The notes under the pieces: model-generated | Seen by the model: the letters and a program-made list of their open reading frames with translations, nothing else | Database searches by the model: none | Told to the model about the DNA's origin: nothing | Shown: positions 25,412-34,808 of the stretch, piece by piece | Layout of the letters: every line of letters begins with the position of its first letter | Numbering within the stretch: the stretch's first letter is position 1 | DNA from: a virus | Taxonomy: Duplodnaviria > Heunggongvirae > Uroviricota > Caudoviricetes | Virus record (IMG/VR): IMGVR_UViG_3300014489_000001 | Coordinates: 64,001-107,071 of that record | Length of the DNA stretch: 43,071 nucleotides | Direction: 5' to 3' (one strand) | Translations under genes and position numbers: made by a program

Positions 25412-27184
25412 TCAAGCTTTGACATTGGCACCGGCAGCATTGCCTCTTACCGGTTTGCCTTGTTTCTCTTTCTTACTTGCTTGAGGATCAGTACCACTGT
25501 CACTGATTCCACGAGCTTGAGGATCACTACCGGGCGGGTCACCAGCTGGCGCCACCTGTGGTGCCGGTGTCTGAGCCGCTTGAACTCTAGCCAAACGATC
25601 AGCATGGTCCTTCTCAGCCTTCTTCGATTCCCCGTCAGCATAACCGCGAAGTTTCGAAGCTGTTTCTGTACAAACCAAACCATTCTGTACGTCGACGGTA
25701 ATCACATCCGGGTCGCTACTCAACCCAGGTGCATTATCGATTTCCTTGTAAATCTTAGTCATGACTTCCTTGGAGCTTGTAGCACCAAGTAAGGCATTTG
25801 CCAGTTTCTTACCAACATTCCGTTGATAAGTTTGACTTGGCACTAAGGTCAACATACCACCCAATTGAGTAGCTTCATTGCGACGATCAGTTTCCGTCCG
25901 AAGAGTATAGTTGTCTGGATAATTAACCGTCGCAACCGGCAGATTCTTCTTTTCATACATAGACCATATGTTGGCGATCTTTCGTTCGCCGTTTTCCAAG
26001 GTCAACCCGATGTAACTCAAACCGGATTCCAAAGTAGCTTCATCCTTGGTCTTGGATTCAGCCGAAGCCATCCTTGGGCCTTTGAGATTCGCAATCGTCA
26101 AATTAAGCAGTAGTCGAATCTCAGCCATCAACTGAGCCTGTTTCTCCATAGATGCCCTCATAGGCTCCGGAGAAGGATTGATAAATGCAGGTGGATTCAA
26201 CCCTCGTGGATATTTTCTACCCTTACTGACACCAACCCTGACTTCTTCATTGCCGGCTACACCAGAGCCAGCGACCTGTCCTTGCGTACCATCATTTCCA
26301 GGACCGCGTAAATGAACACTATCAGCACGCGGCTCGTATTGCTCAACGTAGAACGGAAAGTTCGCTTTCAGAGCATACGACATATCTGCCGAAGCCAAAT
26401 TCAGTAAAGCAATTTGGTAATCGGCGATATTTTTCATCAACGAGTCTGAAATCTCGAAGAGGACAAAGGGGACGATTGGTAGCTCAAGGACAATTGGCTT
26501 ATCAATTTTGTTTCCGAGTTTGTCAACTGGCTGCGATTTTTCATCGTAGAACGAGACGAGGATTGCGCCGTCTTCCCGCCATATACGCCGGAAACGCTCG
26601 GTGTAGCTAGTCGGGAAGCCGAAGTCCGGGTCGTACTCATAAATGTAATCCCTCAATAGGACCGCTTTAAATTGACTCGGGTCTTCCGCGTCATCAAGTG
26701 CCCAAGCCCGAATGTCTTCTGTGAAGTAAGTGTACAAGTATGGATGCTTGCCACTTACATCGGCTAAAGATGAACCAGGCTTGAGCGGTGGCATATCTAC
26801 ATAGACACCCACCTTTTTCATCTTTAACATTTCTTCGAGGACGTGGCAACCAATGTAATAGTTCATTGAACTACCACAAAGGTCAACACCATTTTGACGA
26901 CCTTCACAAGCTTCTTGATAACTCTTGCTACCACCCACTCGCGTCACATCAGACATGCGTTGGTAGATGGAGTTCTTCACTTCATCTAATCCGGCTTTAG
27001 CGAAAGCAGGACAGTATGACATATCTCGACGTGTCAAGAAGTCGCTATCGTCTTCACGATTGCTGAACTGCTTGAGGTATTTCAAGATAAAAATGTGGCC
27101 TGATTCGTAAGTATATCGCCATTTTATCCATTGCTGCAACATCAACTCATAATCTGGGTGAGTAATGTCTGTTATCATGCTCAT
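25412..27184 (-). CDS. Portal protein (DUF4055/SPP1-like)
   Basis: HPDY...W..W...Y.....YLKQFSNREDDSDFLTRR N-terminus typical of this portal group; size and synteny fit. Confidence 0.88.
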   Translation of the reverse strand: MSMITDITHPDYELMLQQWIKWRYTYESGHIFILKYLKQFSNREDDSDFLTRRDMSYCPAFAKAGLDEVKNSIYQRMSDVTRVGGSKSYQEACEGRQNGVDLCGSSMNYYIGCHVLEEMLKMKKVGVYVDMPPLKPGSSLADVSGKHPYLYTYFTEDIRAWALDDAEDPSQFKAVLLRDYIYEYDPDFGFPTSYTERFRRIWREDGAILVSFYDEKSQPVDKLGNKIDKPIVLELPIVPFVLFEISDSLMKNIADYQIALLNLASADMSYALKANFPFYVEQYEPRADSVHLRGPGNDGTQGQVAGSGVAGNEEVRVGVSKGRKYPRGLNPPAFINPSPEPMRASMEKQAQLMAEIRLLLNLTIANLKGPRMASAESKTKDEATLESGLSYIGLTLENGERKIANIWSMYEKKNLPVATVNYPDNYTLRTETDRRNEATQLGGMLTLVPSQTYQRNVGKKLANALLGATSSKEVMTKIYKEIDNAPGLSSDPDVITVDVQNGLVCTETASKLRGYADGESKKAEKDHADRLARVQAAQTPAPQVAPAGDPPGSDPQARGISDSGTDPQASKKEKQGKPVRGNAAGANVKA

Positions 27185-27201
27185 GTTGAATCACCCTTTA
27201 A

Positions 27202-27474
27202 TCAGACAGAAAAGTAACTAACACTGTCACCATTGTTCAATGCGATAAAGAACAAGTCCATAGTTACAGTTTTGTCGGCTGGAACGAAGGTTGTTTCACT
27301 TGGATACAATATGTATCCATTACTACTACTTACATCCGAACCGCCCATGTAAATAGGGCCTGTATTGTTCTTATCGGCTTTAACTTGGATGCCGATTAAA
27401 AACATGTCAACAACGAGTTGTGTCTTTGAAACATTGCTTAAAGCAACATTTCTACCTAAAAATCTAAACCCCAT
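27202..27474 (-). CDS. Small beta-rich virion protein (90 aa)
   Basis: IQVKADKNNTGPIYMGGSDV...GYILYP pattern common in small phage structural proteins. Confidence 0.6.
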   Translation of the reverse strand: MGFRFLGRNVALSNVSKTQLVVDMFLIGIQVKADKNNTGPIYMGGSDVSSSNGYILYPSETTFVPADKTVTMDLFFIALNNGDSVSYFSV

Positions 27475-28793
27475 GGGTATATTCCAAGTATGTAAAGAGT
27501 CATAAAACTGTTGCTGACAAGAGCAGCATTTGGACCATTACCAATTGCAATGTCTGATTGAGACAAACTGTCTGTTGTAATTCTATTACCAACAAACAAT
27601 CTTATGACAGATTCAGACATTCCCAATGATTCTGTTGCAAAAACAGTATAGTGCCCTGAGACAATGCTTGTGTCAATAACTTCTGATTCAGTCAACGAAT
27701 CAGAACTAACACGTTGGCCGTCGAAGATTCTTACAACTGATTCACTAATGCCTGGAGTGTTGTGAGTTGTTCTAAAACCAACAAACAATCGAGCTACAAC
27801 CTCAATAACAAGCAAAGAATCAGTAGCACCACGGTAAGCACCAAAACCCTCAGACATTGATTCGGAATCAGATAAAGAATCCGTAGTAACCCTCAATAGG
27901 TGACTACTTTTAGTTGCCGATTCTGATAACGACAATGAATCATCTGGCGTTCTCAGACCAACAAAGACTCTTGAAACTGATTCAGACAATCCTAGATGTT
28001 CAGTTGTTGAGCGAATACCAACCAACATCCTATGAACACTTTCCGAATCAGTTAGTGAATCAGTTGCAGTTCGATATAAACCAACGATTCCGATTACTGA
28101 TTCTGAAAGTGTTAAAGCATCGGTAGCTGCACAAATTAGACTTTGTCCAGAAGATGCAGATTGAGTGTTACTAAGGGCATCAGTAGTTGTACGGTGACAA
28201 ACCAGTATCCTACTGGCAATTTCAGAATCATGCAGATTATCTGTCGATGTTCTATGACCAACAAATAATCTTGTCACTACTTGTGAAACTGTCAAGGAAT
28301 CAGTTGGACTTCTGATTGCAATCAAAGTCTTTCTTAAAGACTCAGCAATCGTTAACGAGTCTGTTGTCGTTCTCAATGCAGCTAAGATTCTCTTCAAAGA
28401 TTCAGCTAAAGCCAATGCATCAGTTGCCGTTCTATGGGCAACCAATGATCTCGATACAACTTGTGCTGATGTTGGTGCATCAGTTGTTGTTCTATGTGCG
28501 ACCAATAATCGTTTTACTGATTGAGCGATTGCAGTTGCATCTGTAGCAGTTCTCAATGCGAGTAGAATTCTACTCACTGATTGAGAATCCGAAAGAGCAT
28601 CAGTTGTTGTTCGATGACCAACAAATACCCTATGTACTACTTGAGAATTTGAAAGAGCATCTGTTGTTGTTCTGTGTGAAACTATTGTTCTTGTTACTGA
28701 TTCAGAAATAGTTGGTGCATCTGTTGCCGTTAATCCTATTGGCAGTAAAGATGTATCTGAAAACGGCAGATCAGAAAATGCACCATCCGTCAT
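27456..28793 (-). CDS. Repetitive fibre protein with about 20 copies of a 20-aa repeat
   Basis: Units like RTTTDALSNSQVVHRVFVGH; N-terminal GAFSDLPFS motif. Confidence 0.85.
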   Translation of the reverse strand: MTDGAFSDLPFSDTSLLPIGLTATDAPTISESVTRTIVSHRTTTDALSNSQVVHRVFVGHRTTTDALSDSQSVSRILLALRTATDATAIAQSVKRLLVAHRTTTDAPTSAQVVSRSLVAHRTATDALALAESLKRILAALRTTTDSLTIAESLRKTLIAIRSPTDSLTVSQVVTRLFVGHRTSTDNLHDSEIASRILVCHRTTTDALSNTQSASSGQSLICAATDALTLSESVIGIVGLYRTATDSLTDSESVHRMLVGIRSTTEHLGLSESVSRVFVGLRTPDDSLSLSESATKSSHLLRVTTDSLSDSESMSEGFGAYRGATDSLLVIEVVARLFVGFRTTHNTPGISESVVRIFDGQRVSSDSLTESEVIDTSIVSGHYTVFATESLGMSESVIRLFVGNRITTDSLSQSDIAIGNGPNAALVSNSFMTLYILGIYPWGLDF

Positions 28794-28794
28794 G

Positions 28795-29097
28795 TTAACC
28801 TCTTAAAGCTGCTAATGCTTTTATTGCATCCGCTTTAATAATGCCTTGAACTTTCATTTTCTCGTCCGTCGTCAAAGAAGCCCAAGTTGCCGGCGATGCT
28901 TGAATTGCCAATGCTGCTTGCAGAGTCAATTCTTTAACTTGTACGGCTAAACGATTAACTGAATCATGAATATATGGTCCTTGTTTTCCTGGCATAGCAA
29001 CGAGTTCGACATCTATCGAACCGTCAGTCCATAGTCGTGGTTCTGCGACATGTTGAATGTCTGTTAATCGTCCATTCAGAAGTTTGCCGTAAATCAT
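28795..29097 (-). CDS. Hypothetical protein (fibre-associated)
   Basis: ATGA overlap with the upstream fibre gene; 100 aa. Confidence 0.6.
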   Translation of the reverse strand: MIYGKLLNGRLTDIQHVAEPRLWTDGSIDVELVAMPGKQGPYIHDSVNRLAVQVKELTLQAALAIQASPATWASLTTDEKMKVQGIIKADAIKALAALRG

Positions 29098-30560
29098 AAC
29101 GACTCCACATAGCCACCTATGTAAACATCTCCACTACCGCCACTTACAAGGTAATCCAAATACTGAGCACCATCGCAACTAACAAAACTCTGTGTGCCTG
29201 TTGAAGCACCAAAAGTAGGACGAGTAGTTGCTGTATTTCCAGCTGCACGTTTACGTAAATATGTAAAATCGGTAGTAGAAGCTGATGAAATTTCAGCAAT
29301 AACTTCTGTAGCTGTCGGTGGTACCCATGCATGACATCCTAAATTAGTCCACCCTGTTTGAGTTCCTCCATTTAATGCCACTGTATTGGTTGTTGAATCT
29401 TCAAACGCATAAGTCCGATCAATGCTTAATCCAGCTTGATCGAACCAAACAACCTGAGCAGAAGTATTAAGACGAACAGAACCGATTCGACGTATACTTA
29501 TTGCATAGCCAGTTAATCCGTATGGAGTTGTGCGTTGTGTTGACCAATAAGCAGTGGTACCAGAAGTTCCTGACGCAATGAAAACATAAAGATAAATCGG
29601 TGAGTTGAGGCCGCTAACCGAACACAACTGACCAATCGTATATGTTTTGCCACTGAGTGTTCCGAATGTAGCTACTGCACTTAGAGACGTATCAGTGATA
29701 ATCTTCAATACGGGAAGAGGACCGCCACCTGTAGCAACACTTATTGAAGGTTGCTCAATACAGTTGGGTGTCTGTCCTGTGAAAGCCGTTCCAGGTGTAG
29801 CACCTATGGTCAAAGCCGTATCAGATGCAATTGCAGTGATAGCATAATAACCTAAAGATGCTGTACCGATTAAATCGTTGACAGCAAATTCACTCATGAA
29901 TTTGGTGCCAGTACCAGTTACAGCAGTAGAACTGCTAGTAATCGTTCCAGTACAAGTACGCACACCAAATGATGTGGTGAATGTAGTGCTTGATCCTGTA
30001 GCGACTGCACCAGATGTGCTTACTGTTCCAGGACCAGTAAAAGAATCATCACCAAGAGCAGCACCAACATTAGCACTGCTAATCGTATAAGTGGTACCAC
30101 CAACTACTGAGATAGCGGCTGCACCATTTGAATCCACGCACATTGAAGTTGGAGAATTCTTATTAGGAAATCCAACCATAACAGTGGTTGTACTAATCCA
30201 ACTTAACGGTAACCCATAAATAAATCCACGTTCAGTCATTGCAAGTTGAGCAGGAAGTGAAAGAAATACATTGGTATGGCTACCAAGTGTAATCGCAGTA
30301 CCCGCTCCACTGCTTCCTGCTACGACTGTATTTCGTGTAAGTGTAGTTCCAGATAAGGTGTATGTCCCAATACCGACTTCCCAATTGCCAGTCGGATTAC
30401 CGTTGGAATCTACAGAAACAAGAGTATAATAGCAAGTGTTACCATTACCAACCACACCGAAGGATTGGTAACCTAACACTGCTCCAGCTAGTGTAATCGT
30501 GCCCGTACCAGTAGTAATGGTAGTTTCACGAACACGATCATACCAAACTGGAGTAGTCAT
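29094..30560 (-). CDS. Tail/head fibre-like protein (488 aa)
   Basis: N-terminal DRVRETTITTGTGTITLAGAV..YQSF...WEVGIGTY motif of a widespread phage structural family; Gly/Thr-rich beta body. Confidence 0.78.
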   Translation of the reverse strand: MTTPVWYDRVRETTITTGTGTITLAGAVLGYQSFGVVGNGNTCYYTLVSVDSNGNPTGNWEVGIGTYTLSGTTLTRNTVVAGSSGAGTAITLGSHTNVFLSLPAQLAMTERGFIYGLPLSWISTTTVMVGFPNKNSPTSMCVDSNGAAAISVVGGTTYTISSANVGAALGDDSFTGPGTVSTSGAVATGSSTTFTTSFGVRTCTGTITSSSTAVTGTGTKFMSEFAVNDLIGTASLGYYAITAIASDTALTIGATPGTAFTGQTPNCIEQPSISVATGGGPLPVLKIITDTSLSAVATFGTLSGKTYTIGQLCSVSGLNSPIYLYVFIASGTSGTTAYWSTQRTTPYGLTGYAISIRRIGSVRLNTSAQVVWFDQAGLSIDRTYAFEDSTTNTVALNGGTQTGWTNLGCHAWVPPTATEVIAEISSASTTDFTYLRKRAAGNTATTRPTFGASTGTQSFVSCDGAQYLDYLVSGGSGDVYIGGYVESL

Positions 30561-30868
30561 TGGCTATAACTCTTAACACCAAGCGTTTCATCCGCTGTCA
30601 CATGCACGATCTTCGTCTCTCGTATGGTTGATGGCCACGGAACATGCACAACAACATCAGCTTTGGTTAATCCAAATTTGCCAAGTTCAGCTGGTCGCAA
30701 CTCGGCCAAAATATCCCAATTGTCACGGTTAATCGTTCTTATGCCAGTTATCGGGTGGAATGAAACACCATGCCCGCAGACTGCACAAGAATGTGGATGT
30801 TGAGCTTCGGCAGCCTGCCCGGAAGTCTCAAAGTGACCACAAAATCTGCAACGAAAAGCATACTTCAT
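30557..30868 (-). CDS. Zn-ribbon hypothetical protein
   Basis: CRFC...CAVC; coupled by overlap to the downstream gene. Confidence 0.65.
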   Translation of the reverse strand: MKYAFRCRFCGHFETSGQAAEAQHPHSCAVCGHGVSFHPITGIRTINRDNWDILAELRPAELGKFGLTKADVVVHVPWPSTIRETKIVHVTADETLGVKSYSQ

Positions 30869-30875
30869 GTTTACC

Positions 30876-31727
30876 TCAACCAGAAAGAGTCACGGTGTCA
30901 GTCACAGTAAGTGTATCGCCGTTGCCGACAGTTGCAGCTTGATTCAGGACCGTTTCAAGGATTACAGGATCAGCACCAGCAGCAGTCAAGCAGAGAAACA
31001 GACCCATCTTCACGATGCTTGTAAAGCTGCTCGTAACACTGAATGCCTTCTGCAACGTAAACGTCGCCGCACCATAAGTGTGAGCATACGTTGCCAAAGC
31101 ACGAGTACAACCACCGCTTGTGATTTCACTCGCTAGTGCAGTATCGGCAGCAGATGCCGCACCGGAATCTGTTGTCAGACCCATAAAGCGGATCGAAGCT
31201 GGACCACCAGCACCGATTATGAATCCATTCGTATTGGCAGGTGTCGTACCGAGACCATCAACAGCTGTCCACCATTGGTCCAATGTGAGGATGGAAGTTG
31301 TATTGGACACGATATTTGCATAAACAGGCGGTGTACCAACATTGGTCACCGACGCATATACTCGCTTACCTGCAAGACCAAGTTGTGGCGTTGCAAGATT
31401 GCTTGCAGTCCAAGGTGTGCCTGTGCAAGTAAGAGTCGATGTCGTAACATTGGTTGCTGGTGTACCTGCACCGCCGGCAGGAATTGCACCAGCCAATGCA
31501 TCAGCTTGCCAATCTCGACCAATGTTGGTCAGAAGATTGAAACTCGATCCGAGATTGGTTATCGACCCATCTCGATGAGTAATAAACGCATGAACTTCAT
31601 TGGGTCCCATGCGCAAGCTATTAACTACAACACGACCACGACGAATCTCAAGAACGCCACCATCATTACAATGGTTGATTCTTGTGAAAGGCCAAAGTCT
31701 TTTTGTCAATGATTCGAAAAGTTTCAT
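30876..31727 (-). CDS. Collar/fibre-base-like structural protein with an insertion (283 aa)
   Basis: NLLTNIGRD...FMGL...AADTALASEI...GDTLTVT pattern; paralogue of 9267..9830. Confidence 0.65.
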   Translation of the reverse strand: MKLFESLTKRLWPFTRINHCNDGGVLEIRRGRVVVNSLRMGPNEVHAFITHRDGSITNLGSSFNLLTNIGRDWQADALAGAIPAGGAGTPATNVTTSTLTCTGTPWTASNLATPQLGLAGKRVYASVTNVGTPPVYANIVSNTTSILTLDQWWTAVDGLGTTPANTNGFIIGAGGPASIRFMGLTTDSGAASAADTALASEITSGGCTRALATYAHTYGAATFTLQKAFSVTSSFTSIVKMGLFLCLTAAGADPVILETVLNQAATVGNGDTLTVTDTVTLSG

Positions 31728-31735
31728 TGTATCCC

Positions 31736-33421
31736 CTAAACAGGTACGCTGGACATGTTCTGTGACTGCCCCACATTGAACGCAAATGGCAGAGCAATCT
31801 CTGCATAGTTACGTGCATGTGCCAAGTGGTCTTCGTCTCGTTCCTTCTTGACATACTTGCCAACAGGATTACCGTCCTGATCTTTTTCATACACACGCAC
31901 CAAAGCTTTTAGGTGCATGATATATTCAAGATCAGTATCAATAGGAAGATCAATGCGTTGAGCCTTGATACGACCTAATGACATATCCAGCCAAGATGTA
32001 CGGTCCACCGTAATCGTCGGCTCGGATGTATTCATTGTACCATCATCGTTTTTACCGACGTGGATTTGCTTACCTTGAACACCACGACCATAGAAGCACA
32101 TCTTGACGTAACCCCAGAATCTCGATGCGAACTCAAAAGCCTTTCGGCGTTCAGGATTAGCGTCGATAACACAGAAGTTAACGCGCCATTGTCGCATCAA
32201 TACATCAAGTTCTTCAAATGTAAACACTTTGCCCATCGTAATGACGCGGCAATATGATTCCATGTTGAGGTCGTTCTTGACATAGGGCGGTGGTTGCCAC
32301 ATGTCAATTTCGTAGTGAATCCATTTACCAACGTCAACACCCATCGTGACAACATTGGTAACTTTTGTTTCACACTTTTTGTAGTTCTTGAAACAAGCTT
32401 TAATCATTTCATCAGAAAGCTTGGCTCCAGCTACAGTGTGGGCTAATCCGCCCTTAGAGTTCCAGTATTCTTGCTCATCAGCAGGGTTGAATTCTGCCTT
32501 AATCGCCGCTTGTGCCAACTGATATGGCGTTACTGTCGGCGAGTATTGCTGATGGATGTAGAATCCACGCTCTTCTCGGTCGGTGTAGCTCTTGACCCAC
32601 ATGCCACTTGCAAGCCACTCGAACTTAGTCTTATGTTCAAGCTTAGCTTTGCATTGCAAGCAAATCAAGTGTGAGTTTTTCAAGTCAGGATCAAACAGGT
32701 CTTTACCTGTGATCACCAATGACTTAGGAAACTCAAGTTCAACCATCCGGCTACAACTAGGACACTTGAAAAAGAAGTGTTCCTGTGTCGTCAAGCCGTA
32801 CAAATCGTCGATACCAAATGTCGGTATCGTTGGTGTACTAATCGCCCAAGCTGACTTAGTCAACTGGCCAGACTGTCGTTCCATAGCCAACGGGATGTTC
32901 TTTTCCACCATCTCGTCGACTTCGTCCATCACTAAGAATCCGACTGGAATGGACTTGAGTTGAGATCGACTTTTACTTCCTCGGATGTATAAGTTAGTTG
33001 GCCCAGCTCGCTTATGCCCAATGTTCTTGACATCGGAGAACATATTGGAAAGGTGCGGCGATAATTCGAGGGCAGGGTCAAATCGTCCGGTACTAAAATC
33101 GGAGGCATCGGGAGTCTTCGAGGGAAGTACATAAAGACAATCCACCCTTTCAATGTCGATTTTAAAGAATGTGAGGTTCAATACACATTCAGTATAACCC
33201 ATCTGAGCCGACTTCTTACCCACATTGAAGTCCGCCGTGGAATCATGCATCTCCCTAAGCCAAGGATGATGCTTGAATCGCCACGGTCCTGGGAAGTCCT
33301 TGCCTCCCAGGATTCGGTACTTCTCAGCCCATTGAGATGGAGTAGTGATTGCTTTCCTACCCAAACCGGCAGCTATCCGTTCCGCCATCTCACGGACAAG
33401 ATTGTGAGTAAATTTAGACAT
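31736..33421 (-). CDS. terL: Terminase large subunit, lambda gpA-like
   Basis: KKSAQMGYTE (gpA-type Walker A), LVMDEVDE (Walker B), ISTPT, Zn motif CPSC...CLQC, MGVDVG nuclease Asp, DHLAHA. Confidence 0.95.
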   Translation of the reverse strand: MSKFTHNLVREMAERIAAGLGRKAITTPSQWAEKYRILGGKDFPGPWRFKHHPWLREMHDSTADFNVGKKSAQMGYTECVLNLTFFKIDIERVDCLYVLPSKTPDASDFSTGRFDPALELSPHLSNMFSDVKNIGHKRAGPTNLYIRGSKSRSQLKSIPVGFLVMDEVDEMVEKNIPLAMERQSGQLTKSAWAISTPTIPTFGIDDLYGLTTQEHFFFKCPSCSRMVELEFPKSLVITGKDLFDPDLKNSHLICLQCKAKLEHKTKFEWLASGMWVKSYTDREERGFYIHQQYSPTVTPYQLAQAAIKAEFNPADEQEYWNSKGGLAHTVAGAKLSDEMIKACFKNYKKCETKVTNVVTMGVDVGKWIHYEIDMWQPPPYVKNDLNMESYCRVITMGKVFTFEELDVLMRQWRVNFCVIDANPERRKAFEFASRFWGYVKMCFYGRGVQGKQIHVGKNDDGTMNTSEPTITVDRTSWLDMSLGRIKAQRIDLPIDTDLEYIMHLKALVRVYEKDQDGNPVGKYVKKERDEDHLAHARNYAEIALPFAFNVGQSQNMSSVPV

Positions 33422-33968
33422 TTATAGGCTCAGCTAAGGTGTTCACTTCCGTGATGCTCTTCAAGATGCGTTCCGATACTCCCTGTATCTTATCAGGAGG
33501 ACAAACCTCACCAATAATTTGAATAATCACATCACCGAGCATCATCACAGTAGATTTGTCAAGCAAGGAACCGGTTGACAATTCAAGTTTGTGGCAACTC
33601 GCAACAACTTTCTCAATCTTCATTGCCAGGTCGGCAATCTTGTTTGAGTAAAGAAGTAGCTCATTATCACTTTTACAGAGATTAACTGTCTTCTCCAGTA
33701 GCATACGGAGAATGCCAATCTCTTCTCGGAGCGATTTTACTGAATCATTATCAGCCAGTTGGTTAACACGATGCTGATAAACATTGAGTTGGTAATTGCG
33801 TAAGGCTGTTTTCTCAGCCACCTTGTTGCCGATGCCAAAATGTATCCTGCAAAACTTCTGGCCTTCAACGGCTTTAAGATTGCAAGCTCCATTTTTATTG
33901 ACACCTTGACAACATTTAGGGTCGTCAGGCTCACAACGCTCATACACAGATGCTTCTTCTACTGACAT
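33414..33968 (-). CDS. Probable terminase small subunit
   Basis: Overlaps the terL start; CQG..K.G.C......FCRIH Zn knuckle plus helical oligomerisation region (SLREEIGILRMLLE). Confidence 0.65.
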   Translation of the reverse strand: MSVEEASVYERCEPDDPKCCQGVNKNGACNLKAVEGQKFCRIHFGIGNKVAEKTALRNYQLNVYQHRVNQLADNDSVKSLREEIGILRMLLEKTVNLCKSDNELLLYSNKIADLAMKIEKVVASCHKLELSTGSLLDKSTVMMLGDVIIQIIGEVCPPDKIQGVSERILKSITEVNTLAEPINV

Positions 33969-34543
33969 TTTTTCTCACTTTGAATGGAAGCCACTGTGAT
34001 TACACGGTGCTCAATATGACCAATGTGTACTGATAGATATTGGTCACACCAAACGTCGTAGCCAAGCTTGATGACATCTTCACAGAAATTGATATCCTCA
34101 CCCCACTCACGACCATCCTTGTATCGCATTTGAAAATATGGCTTTTCCATTTTCTCAAAAACTTGCATGTTAATCAGCAAACAGCCAGTTGGCATCTTTT
34201 TCATCGCAAGAAGATGCTCACCATTCTGCACTAGGGGTTCACCTAGTACATCGTAAGGTGGCTGTCGTTTGCAATAGGTGGCGCCAACAATGTCTTTGTT
34301 ATGGCTTAAAAGAACGTCTATGACGTTGCATGGGAATGTCATATCAGAATCGAGGAAAAGCAAATGCGTAGCTCTTTCTTTTTGTGCAACATCAACAATT
34401 GCATTTCTTGATTCTGTTATGTATGGAGAACGCCAATTAGTACACAACTTATTGTGTTTGTCGTAATTCCATATAGCCAATGTAGACATCCAGAAATCAG
34501 CATCAACTTGCTGACGTGACGGAACGCCAACCAAGATTAACAT
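33959..34543 (-). CDS. Glycosyltransferase family 2-like protein
   Basis: ILVGVP, RNAIV, LLFLDSD (DxD), PTGCLLI, GEDINFC, HIGH. RBS GGAG places the start at 34543. Confidence 0.88.
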   Translation of the reverse strand: MLILVGVPSRQQVDADFWMSTLAIWNYDKHNKLCTNWRSPYITESRNAIVDVAQKERATHLLFLDSDMTFPCNVIDVLLSHNKDIVGATYCKRQPPYDVLGEPLVQNGEHLLAMKKMPTGCLLINMQVFEKMEKPYFQMRYKDGREWGEDINFCEDVIKLGYDVWCDQYLSVHIGHIEHRVITVASIQSEKKCQ

Positions 34544-34804
34544 AAATCTCTCCAAAGCATGATGAGCCAACAACCCAAAGCTGTACCAATTGCGCCAGCC
34601 AAAGTAATCAAAAATCGCTTGTACCATTCCTTGTAATCAACAAACCATGCCGAATAGAAGAAATTCATTAGATGGAGAGTAAATGCTGTAGAACATGCGA
34701 TTGCTATCCGACCTTCAAAGGAACACCAGCAAGTGCCATGCCCACAAAATATCGGCAATACATGCCAAAAGAACTATAATAAGACACTGTATTGCCAGTT
34801 TCAT
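34537..34804 (-). CDS. Small multi-TM protein split by a +1 frameshift at CTT-TGA
   Basis: 29-codon ORF from 34804 (MKLAIQCLIIVLLACIADILWAWHLLVFL*) continues in the +1 frame as EGRIAIAC...WRDLC. The fusion fills the gap between the flanking genes exactly. Confidence 0.55.
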
Positions 34805-34808
34805 GGAA

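Noticed and set aside
25353-25440. Upstream extensions of track ORFs (scaffold 25440, MCP 24519, tail tube 16447, S53 2842, GT2 34627)
   Set aside because: RBS spacing and overlaps support the downstream ATGs used here
33935-33968. Leader-like VYERC|EPDD in the TerS candidate and RINHC|NDG in 30876..31727
   Set aside because: They lack the (F/Y)LNG half of the motif. The TerS Cys is plausibly part of its Zn knuckle. Kept out of the consensus.
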